Program-made: the position numbers and the translations under genes
Notes under the pieces: generated by a model
Told to the model about the DNA's origin: nothing
Seen by the model: the letters and a program-made list of their open reading frames with translations, nothing else
The model's database searches: none
Part shown: in pieces, positions 53,724 to 64,000 of the stretch
Layout: each line of letters opens with the position of its first letter
Position numbering within the stretch: the stretch's first letter is position 1
Assembly: GCA_964016885.1 (NCBI GenBank)
Contig: OZ024757.1
Span: 28,830,001 to 28,894,000, forward strand
Direction: 5' to 3'
Source: Eledone cirrhosa
Lineage: Eukaryota
DNA length: 64,000 nucleotides

Positions 53724-53971
53724 CAAGGTGTTCCCAAAACTGTATACACACTTCAACACAATTCTAATAAATATTGCCTGTACAGGTGATCAAAGTATGT
53801 ATACATTTTTTTTAACACCCTATATATATATATATCATATCGAAATGACTTCTACAGGACTAGAAAGAGATGAAACAGGTTCTAGGTTAGCAGAAATTAT
53901 TTATATATCCACCTTTAGAATCGTATTCAACTTATTTGACTTCCATACCTCTTGGGCAAACCATTCTTAAT

Positions 53972-54007
<36 letters not shown>

Positions 54008-54321
54008 GTATGGTTATACACAAACGCGCACATACACATACGAGTATATACAAAAATTCATATCCATATAAATATACACACATTGTCACTGATATATATA
54101 ATAATAATTATAATTATTACTATTTCTTTACGGTCTGAGTTCAAATCCCACCGAGGTTAACTTTGCCTTTCATCCTTACGGGGTCGATAAAATAAAATAC
54201 CAGTAATGTACTGGGATAATTGATGGCCTTGTGCCAAAAGTATAAACAATTATTATTATTTCTTTATTAGTCACAAGAGCCATATTTATATATATAGATA
54301 ATATATATATATGTGTGTATG

Positions 54322-54356
<35 letters not shown>

Positions 54357-54556
54357 GTGTGTATATGTATATATATACATATATATATGTGTATATGTAT
54401 ATATATATATATACATATATTTATATATATATATATAAACATATATATACATTTACATATATATATATATGTATATGTTTATACATATATATATATGTAT
54501 ATATATGTTTATATATATATATATACATATATATATATACATATATATATACACAC

Positions 54557-54590
<34 letters not shown>

Positions 54591-55470
54591 ATATAAATAC
54601 ATATATGTGTGTGTGTGTGTGTACATGTGAATGTGTCAGTCCACTCACCTAATGCAAGTATATACATGCATCTGTTATCTGATGTACAAACAAACCAGCA
54701 CTTATGAATGTACACATGGCTACTTTTAAGTATCTATGAATACATCAATTGTTGTTTGTTAACCCTAGGCATAGCTTCATTGAGTAGATCTATAATCATA
54801 AGCCTTACAACTTTGACCATTCTGTGTTTTTGTCTGTATTTGGAGGACTGGTGAATGAAAATATAATCACAGAGTAGGGGCAGTGGAAGCCCAAATTTGC
54901 GCTGGGGTGCAAATTTGATCAATTTATCTGTAGCCATTACTTTAGTTTTTATTGGTGGATTGGCAGTATCGGTAGAGGGTCGGAAACCATGCTTTCCAGC
55001 ATAGTTATGTCCCTTTATGGTCTGAGTTCAAATTTCGCCGAGGTTAACTTTGCCTTTCATCCACGTGGGGTCGATAAAATATAGTACCAGTAATGCACTG
55101 GTATAGTTGCTGGCCTTGTGCCAAAAGTAGAAACAATTATCAAATATCAACCAAGATATGCGATAAACACCACATGTACATAAACTGTAGCGTATAAACA
55201 AATAGATGTGTGTTTTGGTAGTTTGGTGGGGAGAAAAAAAAATTCTTAGAGGGGCCATAGCCCATTCCCCCGACCCTCTTGCCATAGTTCAACTGCCCCT
55301 GAAGGGGAAAAAGCCACACGTTTGGTCAAGGCACAAAAATGAAACTTTAAACCAGAATTTAAATATTTTCAATGTATTTTATCTTACATCTTAATTTGTT
55401 TACCTGTGATTCAAAGATCCACCCATGTCACACATTTTGTCATGCTGAATCTCCCTGAGAATCGCTTTAA

Positions 55471-55678
55471 CCCTTTAGCATTTGCATTACTCTATATTTA
55501 CTGTTGTATTTTCATGGTAAAGGCTTTATCTCACATAATATCGAATCTGTGAGATTTTGATATTATTTATTTTGAGAACAATACCTTAACATCAGTATGA
55601 GTGGCTAGTTACGTCCAGTTTGAACAGAAAGAGGTGAAAGAATTCTGGCTGGATACAACCAGTTTAAATGCTAAAATG
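55471..55678. mobile_element. piggyBac-type MITE between 124-bp direct repeats
   Basis: Reverse-orientation match to 29534-29753; TTAA on both sides. Confidence 0.8.
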
Positions 55679-56199
55679 TTAAACCAGAATTTAAATATTT
55701 TCAATGGATTTTATCTTACATCTTAATTTTTTTACCTGTGATTTAAAGATCCTGCCATGTCACACATTTTGTCATGCTGAATCTCCCTGGGAATTGCTTT
55801 AAAGGAAAAAACAGTCATACTTGTGGCTAGGAAAAAAAAATCAATTCAAACTTAAATTAAAATGATTTTAGTGCCTTGATTCTCCAAATGTTAAAAATGA
55901 TTTCAATGGCAGTGTCCCAGCATGGCCTCAGCCTATCAGCTGGAATATGTAATAGAATAATAGAGTGGTTTTTTTTCTTGTATCTTCTTGTATCTTCATT
56001 TTCTTTTTACTTGTGATTTAAAGAATCAGTTTTGTCATATACTGTTGGGTCATACTGACTCTCCCTGAGAATTATGCTATGGATACAAGGGTCTGTGGAA
56101 TGGTCAGCCATTTGCGTGTTATTTTCTCAAACAGGCTGTTCTGTCAGGAAAACGAACTATGCTCCTATCATATGTTGGATGACTCTGTTTAACCATTAA

Positions 56200-56433
56200 C
56201 CCTTTAGCATTTAAACTGGCCGTATTCGGCCCGAATTCCCTCACCTCTTTCTGTTCAAACCAGCCATAACCGGCCACTCATACTGACATTAGGGTATTGT
56301 TCTCAAAATAAATAATATCACCACAAAAATCTCATAGATTCCATATTTTGTAAGATATTATGTAAGATAATTATGTGAGATAAAGCCTTTACCATTAAAA
56401 ATATAATAGTAATGTAGTGTAAATGCTAAAGGG
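56200..56433. mobile_element. piggyBac-type MITE
   Basis: TTAA-CCCTTTAGCATTTA...TAAATGCTAAAGGG-TTAA. Confidence 0.88.
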
Positions 56434-57209
56434 TTAAGCAGGTATCTCTGTCTATAGTTATCCATCTTTATGGCTACTTTACAAATCTCATTCAGTTATT
56501 ATTTATAGTTATGAACTTTTATTATAGTTATCTGCATTGTGGCAACTGTATTTCCAAATTTCCCAGTACTTTGAAAGTTAACTGAATGTTTGCTGTTCAT
56601 AGATATGTGTGCGTGTGTATATATGTGAGCATGTGTGTGTGTATATATGTGAGCATGTCTGTGCATGTATATGTATGTGTGTGTATGTGTGTATGTGAGT
56701 AAGTGTGTGTATATATGTGAGCATGTGTGTGTGTGTATATATATGTGAGCATGTGTGTGTATGTATATGTATGTGTGTGTATGTGTGTATGTGTGTGTAT
56801 ATGTGTGTATGTGTGTGTATATGTGTGTATGTGTGAGTATGTGTGTATATGTGAGTATGTGTGTGTATATGCTAGTATGGGTGTGTGTGTGTGTATGTGA
56901 GTGTATATGTTACTATGTGTGTGTATGTGTGTATATGTTAGTATGTGTGTGTATATGTGTATTTGCTTACATGTATAAAGAGATGATGTGCCACACGTGG
57001 CTGTGTCTCAGGTATTGACACAAAACCATTTTATAGACCTGAGGGGGAATGGACGATCAAAAGCTGCTCTATATATTACACAGGGATAAACGCACTCACA
57101 CATATATAGACAATATGCACATACATATACATACGCATGCACACACATGACCACCTGGCTACCTATATATACACACACATATATATGTGTATATATATAT
57201 ATACATATG

Positions 57210-57739
<530 letters not shown>

Positions 57740-58904
57740 TTTGGGAAGGTCATGCTGCCCATAAATGTATATATATATATATTGCGTACATATGGTTATT
57801 TTTTTCATATCCAATTGAGTTCTAGCACGTGGCTTGAATTCTTTTCAGAATTCATTGACGGTAATCTCCTTCCTCCAATTTTCGAGACAGTGTGAGATTT
57901 TCTTTAGAATTGCTGGACTAACAACCTAGCAGCTCCCTCATCACTGTAGGTGATTATCGCTAAATATTGATGTTGATTTGGTTATCAATATTAATATTAT
58001 TGGGCACCCACTGAAGAATTATAAGAGCCCACTTGAATAAGTATCTGTTGATCTTATACAAGCTTCTACATAAATTGGTATAATTTCACCCAACTTGTAG
58101 AAATCTTATAGTGAAACGAGATGTCTGTCTGGAAAGAGATATATTTGATATATCTCATATGAAATGATACAGCAAATTTTCCACACAATACAATTAGTTA
58201 GCACCCCGAACGTTTAATTAGGAATATACTCAGGTATTTCCTAATGTTTGTTGAGTGAGTTGGAATTTGGCTGGAGTATCGCTATTAGCTTTCTCTGATT
58301 ATGTATTTATATACACATATATATATATAAAAAAGAAGGTGTGGTAAGATACCAGGTGGACCGTAACGCACCAGAGTACTCAATACTTAGGGTAGTGGAG
58401 TGAGTAATAGGAAAAGAGTCAGGACTCCGACGGCTGAGCTCCAGCCGTTTCGGATCTAGCTGTCAAAACGGCCGGAACTCAGCCGTCGGGGTCCTGACTC
58501 TTTTCCCATATATATATATATATATATAACGCATCGCTCGGTCCAGGAATCAAACTCACAATCTTGAGGTTGTGATTTCGATTCCTGGACCGGGCGATGC
58601 ATTATGTCCTTGAGCAAGACACTTTATTTCATGTTGCTCCTTCTACCTGGAGTTGCGACCAATAGATAGTATTAGCAACTGGAAAGACCAACGGAAACAT
58701 TGTTTCCTTGGTCCAATTTGACGAAAGTCGATCGATCCTTTTATACACACATATACATATAATTTCTCTCTCTCTTTATATACTCATCATCATACAGAAC
58801 ACTCTTCTCGAAGGAATTTCCTTCTAACTAATAGTATTTTATATAATCAGCACAACTACCATCCCTCTTTCTCTATGTTCAAATTTAATCATTCTAAAGA
58901 ATTC

Positions 58905-58942
58905 TTTGCTGAGGAGATCTACCAAGGTCGAAACATGTCAGT
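58905..58942 (+). ncRNA. Hammerhead-like core with weak stem I
   Basis: CTGAGGA gatct-acca-aggtc GAAA catg TC. Confidence 0.45.
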
Positions 58943-59192
58943 TGCTTTCATCAGTTAGGTAATGAGGCAAAACACAATGCATTCTTTATTGTATTGGTAT
59001 TGCTTTCCTAATATTTGGATTAACTAATCTTGTTGGAGTTATCTTCCTTGCCTGTGGATGGTAGAGAATTTCTCCACCACCACCACCACCACCACCTTTC
59101 ACCAAAGCCAGTTCTTATGTTTAAATTGCAAGGATTAACTCATTTGATGTTTATATATATACATATACTGCCCCTTCCCATATATACACACC

Positions 59193-59292
<100 letters not shown>

Positions 59293-61021
59293 GCACATGT
59301 GACAATATATGGTGAGAATATTTTAGAGAGAGAGGGAGAGAGAGACACAGTGAGTGAAAAAAAGAGAGAGAGAGAGGGTGGGGGGTAAGATAGATAGAGA
59401 GGGAGAGAGAAACAGTCATAACAACAGCTGTTACATATTATTATGTGTGACTGTTAGTATTCATTGTAATACTTACCACACCTAACAATATCTTACCTGT
59501 TGAGTCTTTTTTGTTTGATCTACTTATTAAAACGTGTTACTTACCTTTTCTCTTGTTATTGTTGCTGTTGTTGTTCGGGTGTCGTTGTTATTGCTGTTGT
59601 TGTTATTGTTGTTGCTGTTGTTGTTATTGCTGTTGTTGTTCGGCTGTCGTTGTTGTTGCTGTTGTTGTTGCTGTTGTTGTTATTATTGTTGTTACTGTTG
59701 TTGTTATTGTTGTTGTTGTTCGTCTGTTGTTGTTTATGTTGTTGTTTCTGTTGCTGTTCTTGCTGCTGTTGTTGTTATTGTTGCTGTTGCTGATATTGTT
59801 GTTGATGTTGTTGTGCTGTTGTTGATATTGCTGTTGTTGTTGCTGCTGTTGATGTTGTTGTTATTGATGATGGTGATGATGATGTTGATACTCCTGATAT
59901 TGTTATTGCTTACCCCCTTCTTGGTGTTGTTGTTGTTGTTGATGTTATAGATGTTGTTGTTGTTGTTGTCTCAATTGTAGATTCTTCCTCTATATCTCCC
60001 TGATTTCTCTCTCTCTCTCACTCTCAGTCTCTCTTTCAATGGAAGACATCAGGTATGTTCACACCTGGAAAGAGATGAGTTCCACCTTCAGATTTAAAAC
60101 ACACAAGAAACGATGTGTGTCATAATGGCGTCCCTATGACTCAATCAAGAGTTAAGTGTACATGCATGTATGCATATGGGGAACACATACCATAATCTTT
60201 CTAATATTTAGAGCATCAAAAGGATTTAATCTGACAATAGGTAATATCTGAGTGGTTAATAAGCTCCCTTCTACAATCAGGAGCTTCTGAGAATGATTCC
60301 ATGTCCCGACAGGCTTCTTGGGCAAGTATCTTTTATCATAGACCAAGATAGACCTATGCCATCTTTGCAACGGCATTTGAGGAGAAGGTAACTGTTTCGA
60401 AGCCCATCAGATGGACTGTACCTGTAATACAAAGTGTCAGCCTTGTCACACTAAAACTCCCTGAAAATCACATTATTGTGAAAAAGTCACATTTTTGGTT
60501 AGAGAAAAAATAAAGGTTTAACCCTTTAACATTTACATTACTTTATAAATACTATTATATTTTCACGGTAAAGCCTTTATCTCACATAATAGCAAATCTA
60601 TGAGATTTTGATATTATTTATTTTGAAAACAATATCTTAATGTCAGTATGAGTGGCTTGTTACAGCCGGTTTGAACAGAAAGAGATGAGGGAATTCTGGC
60701 CGGTGGTGGTGATGATGATGATGATGATGATTCAAAGGTGAATTACATTTTGGTTGGATAGACCTGCTAGAAATAACTACCAGATTTGACTAGTTTTATA
60801 TGGTTGTATACATTTTAAAGTTTATAGCGATATGCTTATTCTAAAATTTCGCCTTAGAATTATTCAGAATTAGAGTTTCTACCTAGTATGTTCTGAGGCC
60901 CCCCCCCCCCCCATACATAGACACACACACACACACATACTTACATACACACACACACATTCTTTAACAGAGATTAAGTCCATGAAAAGTAAACACAGTA
61001 TTTATAATAGTCAATGAATTG

Positions 61022-61351
61022 ACATGGCTTAGTGGTTAGAGCATTGGCCTTGCAATCGAAAGGTTGTGAGTTCAATTCTCAGACCGGGTGATGTGTTGTT
61101 TCCTTGAGCAAGACACTTTATTTCACAATGCTCCAGTTTACTCAGCTGTAGAAATGAGATGATAGGACTGGGGTCCCTATCATTCCACTGCAAAGTGGTC
61201 GTGTAGGCGCCACGGCAAAAAAGCACCCACCACTCACTGTAAATGAGGTTGGTATTAGGAAGGGCATCCAGCTGTAGAAATCAAGCCAGAATCAGTTACC
61301 GTCCCACCCTTGCAAGCGGACGTAAAATGATGATGATAATGATGATGATGA
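61022..61351 (+). mobile_element. CORE-type SINE family B
   Basis: Matches 47726-48075. Confidence 0.85.
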
Positions 61352-62514
61352 TTAGAACAACAGATAGAATTCTTTGCGGTATTCATTCCGACTCTCTGCT
61401 CCGAGTCCAAATCCTGCCAAAGGAAAGCGGGGGGCTCAACTTTGCCTTTCATCCCTTTGGGGATCGATAAAATCAAGTACCAGTCAAATACTGGAATCAA
61501 ATTTTCCTCTATATCTCTTTCACACACTCCTTCATTGGAAGAAATCGGCTACGTTCCGAGCTGGAGAAGGGATGTGGTCTACAAGGATTACAATGCTCAA
61601 GAAACGCCATATATCCCTACGGCACCCCTATGGATCCTACCAAGAGTTATGGGTCCATATATATACACAGAAGGTGGTGGATTGGCAGTATCGGTAGAGC
61701 ATCGGACACCCTGCTTTGTGGCAGAGAGTTCAAATCCTGCTGAGGTCAACTTTGCCTTTCATCCATTTAAAGTCAATAAAAAAAGTACCAGTCTTGTACT
61801 GGGGTCGATTATTACTCTATATCTCTTTCTCACTCCCTTTATCCTTCTCTGAAAGAAATCTGCTGTATTCAAACCCGGAGAAGAGATAGGCTCCTCCTGG
61901 TTTAAAAAAGGTGACTTAGAAACGCTGTATGTCAATACAGTACCCCTACGACTCCATCAGGAGTTACGGGACCATACATACATATATACAGATCTACAAT
62001 ATTATGATTCTAATAAGGCAACCAATTAACAAAGTGACCTAAAATGGCGTCCGAGACATTTCACCTCTCAGCAGCAAGGATTTTGTTTTTTATCGGTAGA
62101 GATTTATTCAGACAGCAGCTCTATCTTTTCTAATTATTTGGGCGTGACAGAAGATATAAAGAGTTAAATGTTTCACTGAATATTATCGGTATGTAGTTAA
62201 TCTTTCGTTAATATCTCAGATCAGACTAATCCAATAAGGTTTCAGCTAGGATTTCTCTTGTCAAAATACTTTACATCAATCAATTTGTCAGACAAGAACA
62301 GACGTAGATATCATATATATCTGAATATACGTAATATATGTTTCTGCATTTCATTGAATGAAGCTATTTAAATGGTAGATTGACAGCGTATTTTACAATC
62401 TGCACTGCAGGCTATACCTTGGTATTTAAACATCACCTACAGATTCTGAACTGAATAGGAAGTTTGGCTACATAGATATAATGTGGAAGACATCTGGATT
62501 GTTAGACACCATGG

Positions 62515-62820
62515 GTAGATGTTGACAGGATATATAGACACAGTGTATAGATGTTGACTTGATAGATAGACACTGTGTGTATATGCTGTGTCAATTGATA
62601 GACACTGTGTGTATATGTTGACTGGATAGATAGACACTCCGTGTATATGCTGTGTGGATTGATAGACACTGTGTGTATATGTTGACTGGATAGATAGACA
62701 CAGTGTGTATATGCTGTGTGGATTGATAGACACTGTGTGTATATGTTGATTGGATATACAGACACAGTGTGTATATGTTGACTTGATAAATAGACACAGT
62801 GTGTAGATTAATAGACAGTG
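62515..62820. repeat. ~32-bp minisatellite with alternating variants
   Basis: GATAGACACTGTGTGTATATG(TTGACT / CTGTGT)GGAT units. Confidence 0.85.
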
Positions 62821-62867
62821 CATAGATATTTACCCACTTTTCAAGACAGTAATATATATATATATAA

Positions 62868-62910
<43 letters not shown>

Positions 62911-63006
62911 TATATATATACACATATATATATATATGTGTGTGTGCGTGTGTGTGTATATATATATATGTATGTATATATATATATATATTTATTTATT
63001 CATTTT

Positions 63007-63045
<39 letters not shown>

Positions 63046-63659
63046 CCCCATATATATATATGCACCCCCATATATATATATGGGGGTGCACACACGTGCG
63101 CGTCAGCACCCGTTGCACTGCCTGTACCTATCTACACATCACACATTATTGAAATGAGACAGACAGGAGCCGAGGGGTATTGTGTGTCTGTATGTGTGTC
63201 AGCATGTGCCTGTATGTTTGTGTATGTGTGTGTGTGAATGTGTGGGTGTGAGTGTAGATGTGTGAGTGTAGGTATGTGTGTGTGTGTGTGTCCCACAAGT
63301 CTGCCGCAATGCAGATCACTTAATGATGATCCACTATTACGTCAGAGATAATCTAAACAGATCTGTGTAGATAACCCAAGTTCTTACAGTTAAGTACCGC
63401 ACCAAACAAACTACTCACATTGAGACAGATACGGACTGGCTCTTAAAACCAGACCACACTCTTCTCAAATGAAAAACATTGCCTGTGATTTCCAAAAAAA
63501 TTTTTTTAAATATTCATTTATTTAGAAGGATTTAGTAATATAACTGACTTCCTCTGTATTAAACTGATTTTTGGAGGATAACTTAATGGTTCGTAGATAA
63601 CATTATGATGGAATGTTCAAAAACTGAGTTTTAAAACCATCTGACATTAACAAAATGTT

Positions 63660-64000
63660 GAGGGTCAATGAAGTGTTTTCACTGTTCAGTTAAGGTGACA
63701 CTGACTAAAAGATTGCCGAGGACCAGGGGTGTGTTTTCATTGCTTAGTTAAGGTTACATTGACTAACTGATTGCTGAGAGCCAGCAGTGTATTTTCATTG
63801 CTCAGCTGAGGTGACACAGACTCCCGAGGGCCAGATGTGTGTTTTCATTGCTCAGTTGAGGGCCAGATGTGTGTTTTCATTGCTCAGCTGAGGGCCAGAT
63901 GTGTGTTTTCATTGCTCAGCTGAGGGCCAGATGTGTGTTTTCATTGCTCAACTGAGAGCCAGATGTGTGTTTTCATTGCTCAGCTGAGGGCCAGATGTGT
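63660..64000. repeat. Minisatellite: older ~58-bp units grading into homogeneous 32-bp units
   Basis: GAGGGCCAGATGTGTGTTTTCATTGCTCAGCT at 63826, 63858, 63890 and onward to the window end. Confidence 0.9.

Noticed and set aside
54650-54937. Minus-strand exon or 67-aa ORF
   Set aside because: Splice-like ends are present but all frames have stops and no motif is recognisable

Overview
AT-rich, microsatellite-dense animal genomic DNA. The SINE/LINE repertoire suggests an octopus or other cephalopod (inference). Most ORF-track entries are microsatellite artefacts. Supported content: (1) a near-intact R4/Dong-like non-LTR retrotransposon (RT + CCHC + restriction-like endonuclease, ORF 34550-37939) between (TAA)n tracts, a decayed second R4 family tail-to-tail with it, and further RLE fragments; (2) 5'-truncated RTE LINEs of at least two families whose RT region carries a PHD-type C4HC3 finger; (3) many tRNA-derived SINEs, one sharing its tail with an RTE; (4) hAT, Tc1/mariner and piggyBac-type MITEs; (5) about ten type-I hammerhead ribozyme motifs in Penelope-like terminal-repeat fragments, mostly next to (TA)n and often in fold-back structures, three unrelated families of which share an unusual U.U pair closing stem II; (6) tentative + strand host exons and a decayed minus-strand coding-like region near 0.8-2.5 kb. 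All folds and alignments were done by eye and none were computed.
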